This document shows, in pieces, positions 29,373-38,713 of a stretch of DNA of 64,000 bases. Every line of letters begins with the position of its first letter. Within the stretch, counting starts at the first letter, position 1. The stretch lies in assembly GCA_047638715.1 (NCBI GenBank), contig JBLIMK010000002.1, positions 24,161 through 88,160 on the forward strand, written 5' to 3'. A program made the position numbers and the translations under genes. This DNA comes from Verrucomicrobiales bacterium. GTDB lineage: Bacteria; Actinomycetota; Acidimicrobiia; Acidimicrobiales; SHLQ01. The notes beneath the pieces are model-generated. The model did no database searches. It saw only the letters and a program-made list of their open reading frames with translations, and was not told where the DNA came from.

Positions 29373-29492
29373 TTCGACCCTCCTGAGTCGAATCTCGAAG
29401 ACTGGCGCTGTCTCTACGGCGCCAGGCTTTGGAATATTTCGACACACCGGGCCGTCACGACGCGAGACGATCATCCGGTAGGCTCTCTGCTC

Positions 29493-29723
29493 ATGCAGGG
29501 AGTAGTTCAGTCGTACGATCCAGCCACCGGAGACGGCGTTGTCATGGACGACGTCGAATTTGTGGAATACGACCTTGCGGTCAACGCGCTTGCGGGTTCG
29601 GTTTTTCGCATGTTGCGCCAGGGGCAGCGGGTCATTTTCCAGCTCGACGAGGCCGGCTTGGCGTCGACCATTCGCCTCGGCTCCGAGATCGATATGGAAA
29701 CCCCCGAGCTACTGCCAGACTGA
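29493..29723 (+). CDS. Small cold-shock/OB-fold-like protein
   Basis: MQGVV..YD..TG.G.V and LRQGQRV.F patterns; -10 TAGGCT 8 nt upstream. Confidence 0.65.
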   Translation: MQGVVQSYDPATGDGVVMDDVEFVEYDLAVNALAGSVFRMLRQGQRVIFQLDEAGLASTIRLGSEIDMETPELLPD

Positions 29724-29834
29724 TTTTTACGGGGTCGCAGTGCGAGCGCTGTCGGGCTCTCGATGCTCGGCGGCTGGCCCGAAGCCGGCTCGGTTTCCGG
29801 TCTTCGGCTACCCACGAGTAACCTCTGCGCCGTT

Positions 29835-31469
29835 ATGACTTCCGCATTCGACGCCGACCAGTTCCGCAGCATGATTGTTGCCTTCCGCGATGCGCTTGTC
29901 ACCCACAAAGCGGTGATCAACGCCCTGAACGTCTATCCCGTGCCCGATGGCGACACCGGCACGAACATGTCCCTCACGCTCGAGTCCGTCGTTGCCGACC
30001 TCCCAGACGCTGGAGCGTCGATGGAGGATGTGTGCAAGGCCGTGTCCCACGGCTCGCTCATGGGCGCCCGAGGCAACTCTGGCGTGATCATGTCGCAGAT
30101 CCTGCGCGGGCTCTCCGCAGGTATGAAGGAGCACGACAAGGTCGATGGAGCGACGTTCTCCGCAGCCCTCACCGATGCTGCAACCGCCGCCTATGGCGCG
30201 GTCGGAAACCCCGTCGAGGGAACGATCCTCACCGTCGTGCGCGAAGCCGCAGAGGCCGCCGCAGCGGCTGATACGTCGACGATTCTGTCGGTCATGAACG
30301 CAGCGCGCGACGGCGCGGCTGAAGCGCTCGAGAAAACACCGCAGCTACTCCCCGTCCTTGCCGAAGCAGGCGTCGTCGACTCCGGCGGCACGGGTTTGCT
30401 TCTGTTCTTCGATGCCGCGCTTCAGGTGCTCGACGGACGTGATGTTCCCGCACCCGTGATGCCAGAGGGAGCAGCTATCCCAGCCATGGCCGCCGACCGG
30501 CCCGATGACCACACTCAGTCAGCGCTCGCCGACCTCCGCTACGAGGTCATGTTCTTCCTCGACGCACCCGATGACTCGATCGAAAAGTTCAAGGCCGCGT
30601 GGGACGACATTGGTGACTCCATCGTGGTCGTTGGGGGCGACGGCATTTGGAACTGTCACGTTCACACCGACGACATCGGCGCGGCGATCGAATGCGGTAT
30701 CGCCGTTGGACGGCCTCACAAGATTCGAGTCACCGATCTGCTCGAAGAGGTCGAGGAGCAGGAGTGGGTGAAGCAGGCGGCAGCCGTTGCTGCTGGAGGC
30801 ATCGTTGCTCCATGCGCGACCGCGGTTGTCGCCGTGTCGGTCGGAGCTGGCGTTGCCGACATCTTCCGGTCCTTCGGAGTGCAACACGTCGTCGCCGGTG
30901 GCCAAACCATGAACCCATCGACAGCTGAGCTCCTCGCCGCAGTCGAATCGCTTCCCGCCGATGGCGTCGTCATCCTTCCGAACAACAAGAACATCATTCC
31001 CGTCGCTGAACAGGTCGACGCGCAAAGTTCGAAGAACGTGAGCGTCGTTCCCACCCGCAGCATCGTCGGCGGGATGGCGGCCCTGGTGTCGTACGACCCA
31101 GAGGCCGACCTCGATGCAAACGTCGACGCCATGGCTGAAGCGCTCGAACATCTGGTCCAGGGCGAGGTCACCAAGGCCGTCCGGGACACCACCGCCGAGG
31201 GCTTCGAGATCACGGACGGCGACTGGCTTGGCCTCGCGCAGGGCAAGATCGTCGCCGTGCAAGCTGACGCCCTCGCTGCAGCGGCCCGTGTCGTCGATGC
31301 TCTCGCCACCGACGAGCACGAGATCATCACGGTCGTCGTGGGTGAAGACGCGAGCGAAGCAGAAGCCTCCGCACTCGTCGCTCAGATCGCGATGTCGCAT
31401 CCGGATCTCGAGGTTGAGGTGCATTCGGGGGGACAGCCTCTGTACCCATTTATTATCGGCGTGGAGTGA
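29835..31469 (+). CDS. DAK2 domain protein (FakA/YloV-like fatty acid kinase subunit)
   Basis: LNVYPVPDGDTGTNM, GARGNSGVI.SQ, VVDSGG.G, HVHT, GGQTMNPST, GGQPLYP.IIGVE. Confidence 0.93.
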   Translation: MTSAFDADQFRSMIVAFRDALVTHKAVINALNVYPVPDGDTGTNMSLTLESVVADLPDAGASMEDVCKAVSHGSLMGARGNSGVIMSQILRGLSAGMKEHDKVDGATFSAALTDAATAAYGAVGNPVEGTILTVVREAAEAAAAADTSTILSVMNAARDGAAEALEKTPQLLPVLAEAGVVDSGGTGLLLFFDAALQVLDGRDVPAPVMPEGAAIPAMAADRPDDHTQSALADLRYEVMFFLDAPDDSIEKFKAAWDDIGDSIVVVGGDGIWNCHVHTDDIGAAIECGIAVGRPHKIRVTDLLEEVEEQEWVKQAAAVAAGGIVAPCATAVVAVSVGAGVADIFRSFGVQHVVAGGQTMNPSTAELLAAVESLPADGVVILPNNKNIIPVAEQVDAQSSKNVSVVPTRSIVGGMAALVSYDPEADLDANVDAMAEALEHLVQGEVTKAVRDTTAEGFEITDGDWLGLAQGKIVAVQADALAAAARVVDALATDEHEIITVVVGEDASEAEASALVAQIAMSHPDLEVEVHSGGQPLYPFIIGVE

Positions 31470-33622
31470 CGACCCCAGAAACACCTTCCACGACCGAGCC
31501 CCGCCCGCGCCTGACGCTCCGCGACCTCGACTCGCTCGATATCGCGAGCCTCAAAGGAGTGGGCCCCAAACGCGCAGAGGCGCTGCGCAAAGCAAACGTC
31601 CACACCGTCTTGGATCTGCTGAGGTATTACCCCCGCCGATATATCGATCGGACGCGCGAAGCCACGATTGCCGACTTGCGAGAAGGCGAGGAGGGCATGG
31701 TTCTTGGCGAGGTCACACGTGTCGACTCTCGTCGGATTCGCGGCAACCGGACCATGGTCAACGTGACCGTCGCGGACTCAACCGGCACCCTCGGCGTCAC
31801 GTTCTTCAACCAGCCATGGCGAGCAAAGCAATTGTATGAAGGGTTACCCGTCGTGTTGTTCGGCAAGGTCGACAGCTTTCGTGGGAACTTGCAGATGGCC
31901 TCACCAATCGTCGACCTGATCGGCGACCAGACAGGCAAGATCGTGCCAATATATCCGGCATCGGAAAAGGTAAAGATCGGCAGCTCGGACATCGCGAAGT
32001 GGGTGGCTGAGGCCCTGCGACGGGCAGCGCCTCGAATGCTTGCCGATCCGTTGCCCGACTCCGTCAGAGAGGCCCATCGCTTCATCGACCGGCACACGGC
32101 GACCTTCGACATTCATCAGCCCGAAAACATGGCGGCCGTCACCGAGGCTCGTCGGCGTCTCGTGTTCGACGAGCTGTTCGCTATTCAGCTCGAACTCGTG
32201 ACGCAGCAGCGGCTTCGTCAGGAGACCGAGGTTGGCGTCGACCACCGCTCCACGGGCACCCTCACTAGTCAGATGCTCCACAACCTGGGGTTCCCGCTCA
32301 CCAACGCCCAGGTTCGGGTCATCGATGAGATTCACGTCGACATGCATCAACCGCACCCCATGCATCGGTTGCTTCAAGGTGATGTCGGCTCCGGAAAGAC
32401 GCTCGTGGCGGTTCACGCCCTGCTCAGCGCGGTCGAAGGTGGCTTCCAGGGGGCTCTGATGGCCCCTACCGAGGTACTCGCGGAGCAGCACTCCATCGGC
32501 ATCAAGGCGCTGCTCGACGAGCTCATGGTGGAAGACACGACGAGTTTGCTTAGCGAACGACCGCTTCGAGTCGAGCTCTTGACGAGCGGCGTACCAACCG
32601 CCGACCGGCGCAGAATCTTGGCCCAGACGCTCAGCGGCGAGGTCGACATACTGATCGGGACACACTCGTTGATTCAGGAGTCGGTGCATTTCTTCAATCT
32701 CGGGATGGTGGTCATCGACGAGCAGCATCGGTTCGGCGTTGAGCAACGGGCTGTTCTGCGCGCAAAAGCGCAGGGCGACAAGGAGCCTGACGTTTTGGTC
32801 ATGACGGCGACGCCGATTCCTCGAACGGCGGCGATGACCGTCTATGGCGATCTCGATGTGAGCGTGCTGGACGAGCTGCCGCCCGGTCGAACCCCGATCG
32901 TGACCCGGTGGGCCGCCGACCCCGCGGAGGAGACCGAAATGTGGGAGTCCGTGCGCAGCGAAGTTGCGGCGGGGCGCCAGTCGTATGTGGTGTGCCCGCT
33001 CATCGATGCGTCCGACAAGATCGAAGCTCGGTCGGCGACGGAAACCTACGAAGAGCTGACCGGCGGCGAATTGCACGGTTTGCGGGTCGCTCTGCTCCAT
33101 GGCCGCATGTCGAGCGCCGAGAAGGAGAGCGTGATGCGCTCTTTCCGCATCGGCGAGACAGACGTGCTTGTTGCTACGACGGTGATCGAGGTTGGCGTCG
33201 ACGTCGCAAACGCGACCGTGATGGTGATCCTCGACGCGGGTCGGTTCGGAATAGCTCAGCTCCATCAGTTGCGGGGACGGGTGGGGCGAGGGCAGCACGC
33301 GTCGACATGTTGGCTTGCCGGCGACGCCACGACGTCCGATGGCGAAGCACGAATCGAGGCCCTCGTTGGCTCGACCGATGGATTCGAACTGGCCGAGATC
33401 GATCTCGATCTACGAGGTGAAGGAACGATCATGGGGGAGCGGCAAAAGGGTCAGAACGATTTGCGCCTCGCGTCTCTGCGCCGGGACAAGGACACCGTTG
33501 CGTTGGCTCGGGAAGTCGCGATCGATCTTTTGAATGCCGGCGATCCGCTGCTTCCCGACCTCCTTGATGACTCCGCAGTGATCCTCGGATCGACCGACAC
33601 CGAGTTCCTCCGCAAGAACTAG
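31466..33622 (+). CDS. recG: ATP-dependent DNA helicase RecG
   Basis: RLLQGDVGSGKT, MAPTEVLAEQH, DEQHRFGVEQR, MTATPIPRT, QLHQLRGRVGRG. Confidence 0.97.
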   Translation: MTTPETPSTTEPRPRLTLRDLDSLDIASLKGVGPKRAEALRKANVHTVLDLLRYYPRRYIDRTREATIADLREGEEGMVLGEVTRVDSRRIRGNRTMVNVTVADSTGTLGVTFFNQPWRAKQLYEGLPVVLFGKVDSFRGNLQMASPIVDLIGDQTGKIVPIYPASEKVKIGSSDIAKWVAEALRRAAPRMLADPLPDSVREAHRFIDRHTATFDIHQPENMAAVTEARRRLVFDELFAIQLELVTQQRLRQETEVGVDHRSTGTLTSQMLHNLGFPLTNAQVRVIDEIHVDMHQPHPMHRLLQGDVGSGKTLVAVHALLSAVEGGFQGALMAPTEVLAEQHSIGIKALLDELMVEDTTSLLSERPLRVELLTSGVPTADRRRILAQTLSGEVDILIGTHSLIQESVHFFNLGMVVIDEQHRFGVEQRAVLRAKAQGDKEPDVLVMTATPIPRTAAMTVYGDLDVSVLDELPPGRTPIVTRWAADPAEETEMWESVRSEVAAGRQSYVVCPLIDASDKIEARSATETYEELTGGELHGLRVALLHGRMSSAEKESVMRSFRIGETDVLVATTVIEVGVDVANATVMVILDAGRFGIAQLHQLRGRVGRGQHASTCWLAGDATTSDGEARIEALVGSTDGFELAEIDLDLRGEGTIMGERQKGQNDLRLASLRRDKDTVALAREVAIDLLNAGDPLLPDLLDDSAVILGSTDTEFLRKN

Positions 33623-33683
33623 TCGACCGACATCGAGTCCCTCCACAAGAACTAACGGACCAGAGTCCCTCCACAAGCACTAG
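33590..33683 (+). repeat. Degenerate tandem triplication of the last 33 bp of recG
   Basis: TCGACCGACACCGAGTTCCTCCGCAAGAACTAG / TCGACCGACATCGAGTCCCTCCACAAGAACTAA / CGGACCAGAGTCCCTCCACAAGCACTAG. Confidence 0.85.
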
Positions 33684-33726
33684 CTGTCACGACGGCCAAC
33701 GTTGTCTGCGACCGACCGCCCCCCAA

Positions 33727-33926
33727 TCTGGGTCTGACCCAATTCTACGTATCTGGGTCTGACCCCAAAAGGGGGTTTTGGTGCCAGAGCACCTTTGGCC
33801 ATGTTTGTCTGGTCGAAGGGCGCCAGAGCGCCTGAACTAGCGGCCGGAGTGAGTCAGGGCGTATCTGGGTCTGACCCCAAAACGGGGTTTTGGTGCCAGA
33901 GCACCTTTGCCCGCATTTGTCTGGTG
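33727..33926. repeat. Cluster of REP-like elements: one partial and two ~65-bp copies
   Basis: GTATCTGGGTCTGACCCCAAAA..GGGGTTTTGGTGCCAGAGCACCTTTG...TTTGTCTGGT at 33749 and 33861; partial at 33727. Confidence 0.85.
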
Positions 33927-33986
33927 ACAGACGCCGGGGGGTGCGCGAGGTGGCGATAGGAGATCGTGCGAGTACTGTGCCGAACG

Positions 33987-34157
33987 ATGGAGATCGAGGT
34001 TGCGCAAAACATAACGTGCGTCGATTGCCTCGGGATGTGCCACATGCTCACGATTCCACCCGAAGAGGGTTTTGCTCCAGGCGACTGGATTGCATACCGA
34101 TGTGAAGATTGTCTTGATCGTTGGGACCTAGAGGTCCCAGAGGAGGCTCAACCCTGA
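33987..34157 (+). CDS. Small zinc-ribbon protein (CxxC...CxxC)
   Basis: ITCVDCLG.CH and YRCEDCLDRWD; stop overlaps the rsmD ATG. Confidence 0.75.
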   Translation: MEIEVAQNITCVDCLGMCHMLTIPPEEGFAPGDWIAYRCEDCLDRWDLEVPEEAQP

Positions 34158-34687
34158 TGAGAGTCGTCGCCGGAGAAGCTCGTGGACGCCAGATCGTGGC
34201 GCCCGATGGCAATCGAACTCGTCCAACATCGGACCGCGTACGCGAGTCGATCTTCAACATGTTGTTCAGCCTCGGGGCAACGAACGATGTCGATGTCCTC
34301 GACCTTTACGCCGGCTGCGGAGCTCTCGGGATCGAAGCGTTGAGCCGTGGCGCATCTAGCTGTATCTTCGTCGAGCAGGACCGCCGGGCCGTCGAGTGCA
34401 TACGCAACAACCTCGATGCACTCGGCTACAGCGACCAGGCAACCGTGGTTCAAGCTGATGTCATGGCGTGGGTGGAGCAGAACTCGGGCTGTTTCGATGT
34501 CGTTCTCGCAGACCCGCCATACGCCGACGATTCATGGAAGACACTCCTCGATTCGGTTCAAAGTCGGTGGCTTGTCGCAGAGGCGGGCGACACCGTCAAA
34601 GAACATCCACGATGGGATGTCGTTCGGGAGAAGACGTACGGGACTACCGTGGTGACCGTGTTCGCCAGACAAGGTTCTGCCCAGTGA
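34157..34687 (+). CDS. rsmD: 16S rRNA m2G966 methyltransferase
   Basis: MRVVAG..RGR, TRPTSDRVRES.F, DLYAG.GALG.EALSRGA, DPPY. Confidence 0.95.
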   Translation: MRVVAGEARGRQIVAPDGNRTRPTSDRVRESIFNMLFSLGATNDVDVLDLYAGCGALGIEALSRGASSCIFVEQDRRAVECIRNNLDALGYSDQATVVQADVMAWVEQNSGCFDVVLADPPYADDSWKTLLDSVQSRWLVAEAGDTVKEHPRWDVVREKTYGTTVVTVFARQGSAQ

Positions 34688-35163
34688 CGGTCGTTTTGTA
34701 TCCGGGTTCCTTCGACCCGGTCCACAATGGCCATGTCGAAATCGTCGAGACCGCCGCCGGCCTCTTCGATCGCGTCATCGTTGCGGCGATGCGTAATCCC
34801 TCGAAGAACGAGCCGCTCCTCACGTTGGAAGAACGCGAGCAGGTGCTGCACGAGACCTTCGACCATCTCACGAACGTGACGATCACGATGTTCTCATCCT
34901 TGGTCGTCGACCTCGCTCAAGAGCTTGAGGCCGACTTCATCGTCAAAGGGCTTCGGGCCGTGTCCGACTTCGAGTCCGAACTGCAGATGGCGCAAATGAA
35001 CCAAGCAATCTCCGGCGTGCACACGTTGTTCATTCCGTCCGCCTCGTCGAGGTCGTTCCTCGCTTCGCGGCTCATCCGAGAGATCTCACGTTTCGGCGGC
35101 GACATCTCCTCGATGGTTCCCGAGCCAGCGATGCGAATCCTCAGAGAGAAGCATTCGTCATGA
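34684..35163 (+). CDS. coaD: Phosphopantetheine adenylyltransferase
   Basis: YPGSFDPVHNGH, KGLRAVSDFE.ELQMAQMN; GTG 34684. Confidence 0.96.
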   Translation: MTVVLYPGSFDPVHNGHVEIVETAAGLFDRVIVAAMRNPSKNEPLLTLEEREQVLHETFDHLTNVTITMFSSLVVDLAQELEADFIVKGLRAVSDFESELQMAQMNQAISGVHTLFIPSASSRSFLASRLIREISRFGGDISSMVPEPAMRILREKHSS

Positions 35164-35765
35164 CAGAGATCATCCACAACGACAACAGCGACTTCGACAC
35201 ACAAGCAGAGCAGGCTCTCGCCGCACCTCCAATGCATCACGTCCCTGAAGTCCACGAACTTCTCACCGAAGCCATCGAGACGATTCAGACCGCTCGGCCA
35301 GTGCCGCTCTCCACAGCGGTCAAGGTTGAAGGTGAGCCGCTGCTCGACCTCTTACACGACGCGATCGCTCGCCTGCCCGAGGAGCTCCGAGCCGCCCGAT
35401 GGCTGCTGCGCGAACGAGAGGAACACCTCGCTGGGGTCCGCCAGGAGGGCGACGAGATCGTTGCGATCGCCCGATCCCGGGCCGAGCACATGGTCGAACG
35501 CACCGAGGTCGTGAAGTCCGCCGAGCAGAGAGCGCAGCGAATTCTCGCTGATGCAGAGGCGCAAGCGCGCATGATGCGTCGCGAGACCGAAGACTTCTGC
35601 GATGCCCGGCTCGCGTCGCTCGAAGGAATTCTCGATCGCACTAGAACCGTCGTCGCTACCGGTCGCACCCGTCTCCAAGGCACAGCACCAATCGATCTGA
35701 CCGACGACGCACCCATGCTCGAGGACGTCGAGCGGGCGGAGTTGTTCGACCAAGACTTCTCGTGA
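35160..35765 (+). CDS. Coiled-coil DivIVA/SepIVA-like protein
   Basis: AR.VPLS, LPEELR.ARWLL.ERE, coiled coil; position between coaD and yceD. Confidence 0.75.
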   Translation: MTEIIHNDNSDFDTQAEQALAAPPMHHVPEVHELLTEAIETIQTARPVPLSTAVKVEGEPLLDLLHDAIARLPEELRAARWLLREREEHLAGVRQEGDEIVAIARSRAEHMVERTEVVKSAEQRAQRILADAEAQARMMRRETEDFCDARLASLEGILDRTRTVVATGRTRLQGTAPIDLTDDAPMLEDVERAELFDQDFS

Positions 35766-36328
35766 GTGACGACTGGTCATCGCTGCGGATAAATGTTTCG
35801 AGGCTTCGCCATCGAGACACGTTGGCCGAGCTCAAGCGCCGACCGCACGGTGATTCATCCACGCCGATTCGCGCATCGGTTACCGCTTCGGGCCTGTCGG
35901 TCACGACCAGTCGAATTCCGGAGGGTTCGATCGTCGAGATCGATGGAGCGGTGGAACCATCGCTTACCGGCATCGACGTCCGGCTGCACGTGCGCTCCTC
36001 TTGGGAGGGCGAATGCCGCCGGTGCCTCGACATGGTGACCGAACCAATCGAGCTCGACCTCGTCGTGCCGTTCCTCCCCGAACATGAGGCGAACGATCAC
36101 GCTGAGGCGTACCCGGTCGATGGCGATTGGATCGATGTCGGCGAGGTCGTGCGCGAAGAGCTGATGCTCGCGTTGCCGCTCTCGCCCCTTTGTAAAGATG
36201 ATTGCAGCGGCGTCGATCCCGACCGATTCCCGAACATCGGTGACGAAGAAGAACCGGCCGAGGTCGAGAGCAGCGGGATCGATCCGCGCTGGGCTGTATT
36301 GTCCGAGCTCACGTTTGATGAAGAATGA
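35762..36328 (+). CDS. YceD/DUF177 family protein
   Basis: ECRRCL, LALP.SPLC..DC.G, DPRWA.L; upstream of rpmF. Confidence 0.9.
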   Translation: MSDDWSSLRINVSRLRHRDTLAELKRRPHGDSSTPIRASVTASGLSVTTSRIPEGSIVEIDGAVEPSLTGIDVRLHVRSSWEGECRRCLDMVTEPIELDLVVPFLPEHEANDHAEAYPVDGDWIDVGEVVREELMLALPLSPLCKDDCSGVDPDRFPNIGDEEEPAEVESSGIDPRWAVLSELTFDEE

Positions 36329-36405
36329 CCACGACCGGATAACCTGTCCCCCTTGTGCGCCCGTCGAGCGGCGCCCCTTCGAACACAGTTCTCACAGGTG
36401 ACGTC

Positions 36406-36585
36406 ATGGCAGTTCCAAAGAAGAAGACCTCAAAGTCCAAGAGCCGCAGCCGCAAGGCCTCGGCTTGGCGCATTCGTGCGACCGGCCGCTCCGATTGCCC
36501 ACAGTGCGGCAGCGCCAAGCGCCCGCACACCGTGTGCAACAACTGCGGCCACTACGCAGGTCGCCAGGCCATCGAAGTTGACTGA
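36406..36585 (+). CDS. rpmF: 50S ribosomal protein L32 (Zn-binding form)
   Basis: MAVPKKKTSKSK.RSR, CPQC, PHTVC..CG.Y. Confidence 0.97.
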   Translation: MAVPKKKTSKSKSRSRKASAWRIRATGRSDCPQCGSAKRPHTVCNNCGHYAGRQAIEVD

Positions 36586-36599
36586 TAGAGGAAATCGAC

Positions 36600-37586
36600 A
36601 TGTTGCCCATTGCCGTTGATGCAATGGGGGGCGACAACGCCCCGTCTGCAATCGTCACTGGAGCTCGCCGCGCGCTCGAAGAACGCGGCATCCCCGTCAT
36701 CCTGGTTGGCCGTTCCGACGAGCTAGGCGACACCGGAGGCATCGAGGTAATCGAAGCGTCCGAAGTGATCGCGATGGATGACGATCCGGGCACCAGTGTC
36801 CGAACGAGGAAGGATTCGTCGCTCGTACGCGCTGCTGAAGCAGTGCGCGACGGTCGGGCGTCTGCCATGGTCAGCGCGGGCAACACCGGCGCAACGATGG
36901 CGTCTGCACTTCTTCGGACCGGTCGCATCAAGGGCGTCTCCAGGCCCGCCATCGCTACGGCGATCCCCGGTCCGTCCGGACCGCCGACCGTTTTGCTCGA
37001 CGCTGGGGCAAATGCCGAGTGCCGGGCCGAATGGCTGGTCCAATTCGCACAGATGGGCGCCGTCTTCTCTCGGGCACGTTTCGACGTCGATCGTCCCCGA
37101 ATCGGGCTGCTATCGATCGGCGAGGAAGCGGGAAAGGGTTCCCCGCTCGTCAAAGAAGCTTGGGGTCTTCTCGATGCCATTGATTGGTCCGCTCAAGGCG
37201 CCGAGTTCCTCGGCAATGTCGAGGGCCGCGATCTCATGGGTCCCGATGTCGATGTCGTCGTAACAGACGGCTTCACCGGAAATGTGGCTCTCAAGACGCT
37301 CGAAGGCGGGGCAAAGAACATCATCAATGCGCTGCTCGAGGCGTTCGGCTCGACACCGGAGGCACAGGCAGCGTCCGAGCAACTGCTGCCAACGCTCCTG
37401 CCGCTGTACAAGCGCTTCGACGCCGATAGCTACGGTGGCGCCATGCTGTTGGGCACGAAAGGCGTTTGTGTCATTAGTCATGGGTCCTCGGGCGACGAGG
37501 CGATGCTGAATGCGATTTCGGTGGCCAATGAGATGGTCCAAGGCGATGTAGTCGGAAAGATCCACCAGGCCGTCAACGGCGCCTGA
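36600..37586 (+). CDS. plsX: Phosphate acyltransferase PlsX
   Basis: IAVDAMGGDNAP, SAGNTGA, LLDAGAN, GNVEGRD, DGFTGNV.LK, HGSS. Confidence 0.96.
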   Translation: MLPIAVDAMGGDNAPSAIVTGARRALEERGIPVILVGRSDELGDTGGIEVIEASEVIAMDDDPGTSVRTRKDSSLVRAAEAVRDGRASAMVSAGNTGATMASALLRTGRIKGVSRPAIATAIPGPSGPPTVLLDAGANAECRAEWLVQFAQMGAVFSRARFDVDRPRIGLLSIGEEAGKGSPLVKEAWGLLDAIDWSAQGAEFLGNVEGRDLMGPDVDVVVTDGFTGNVALKTLEGGAKNIINALLEAFGSTPEAQAASEQLLPTLLPLYKRFDADSYGGAMLLGTKGVCVISHGSSGDEAMLNAISVANEMVQGDVVGKIHQAVNGA

Positions 37587-37673
37587 GCCACATCAGCGGT
37601 TTCGTACACCGGTATCGCCGCAGTATTGATCGAATTCGATACAGTGCAGCGCGTACAGCTGAGGGAGCGCATC

Positions 37674-37952
37674 GTGTCAGGCGAACAAGCAACAATTGGA
37701 CGTGACGAGGTTCTTGGCATCGTCCGTGACCGTCTCGCCGAGATTCTTGAGCTCGAACCTACCGATATCGGTGAAGGCGATTCCTTTCAAGACGACCTGG
37801 ACGCAGACTCGCTCGCTCTGATCGAATTGGTCGAGGCCATCGAGGAAGAACTTGGCGAGCGTGGCGTGACGCTTCGTATCGAAGACGACGATCTCGAAGA
37901 CTTGAAGACGGTGCGCGACGCAGTCGATTACGTCGTCGGTCGTCTTGGCTGA
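37674..37952 (+). CDS. acpP: Acyl carrier protein
   Basis: DLDADSLALIELV..IEEE, TVRDAVDY. Confidence 0.9.
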   Translation: MSGEQATIGRDEVLGIVRDRLAEILELEPTDIGEGDSFQDDLDADSLALIELVEAIEEELGERGVTLRIEDDDLEDLKTVRDAVDYVVGRLG

Positions 37953-38655
37953 CCTTGCCTCAGACGGGGAACGATACCGCACGCTTTCAAACGCGCTCGG
38001 CTACTCATTCTCCGACGAAACCTTGCTCGACCTTGCCCTCACTCACCGCTCGTGGTGTGCCGAGAACGGCGATGTCGAGTCAAACGAACGTCTCGAATTT
38101 CTCGGCGACGCCGTACTCGGGTTGTCGATCACGGAGTCAATGTATGAGAGTCGACCCGAGCAACAGGAAGGCGATTTGGCAAAATCGCGAGCCGAGGTTG
38201 TCAGCACACCGAGCCTCGCTACCATCGCCCGCTCTTTGCACCTCGGCTCACTCGTGAAACTTGGCAAAGGTGAGATCCACTCCGGTGGTCACGACAAGGA
38301 CTCGATTCTTGCCGACGCAATGGAAGCCATATTCGCGGCCGTCTACGTCGACGCTGGCTGGGAGGCGGCTCGAGGTGTGGTGCTCAAACAACTCGAAGAA
38401 GCCGCAGCTCTGGCACAGACCGCCCCCGGGGAACGCGATTACAAGACCCGGCTACAAGAACTCGCGGCCGACAGCTCATTGCCGGCGCCCGAGTACGAAA
38501 TCTCTTCGAGCGGCCCAGACCACGGACGAACATTCGTCTCGACGGTTCGGGTTGGCCAAACGGTCGGTGAAGGCCGTGGAACATCGAAGAAACAAGCTCA
38601 ACAACACGCTGCTGAGCAGGCTCTAGGCCTGCTCGATGCGGGGAGAACGCCCTGA
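37945..38655 (+). CDS. rnc: Ribonuclease III
   Basis: ALTHRS, NERLEFLGDAVL, ADAMEA, dsRBD DYKTRLQE...GPDH...SKKQA. Confidence 0.97.
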   Translation: MADLASDGERYRTLSNALGYSFSDETLLDLALTHRSWCAENGDVESNERLEFLGDAVLGLSITESMYESRPEQQEGDLAKSRAEVVSTPSLATIARSLHLGSLVKLGKGEIHSGGHDKDSILADAMEAIFAAVYVDAGWEAARGVVLKQLEEAAALAQTAPGERDYKTRLQELAADSSLPAPEYEISSSGPDHGRTFVSTVRVGQTVGEGRGTSKKQAQQHAAEQALGLLDAGRTP

Positions 38656-38713
38656 GGGGGCGAGACTGCGATCGTGGAGGCATCTGCTGCCACGGCTCGC
38701 AGCGGAGGAAGTT

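Noticed and set aside
31901..33298. 465-aa minus-strand ORF
   Set aside because: Antisense shadow of recG, typical of high-GC coding DNA
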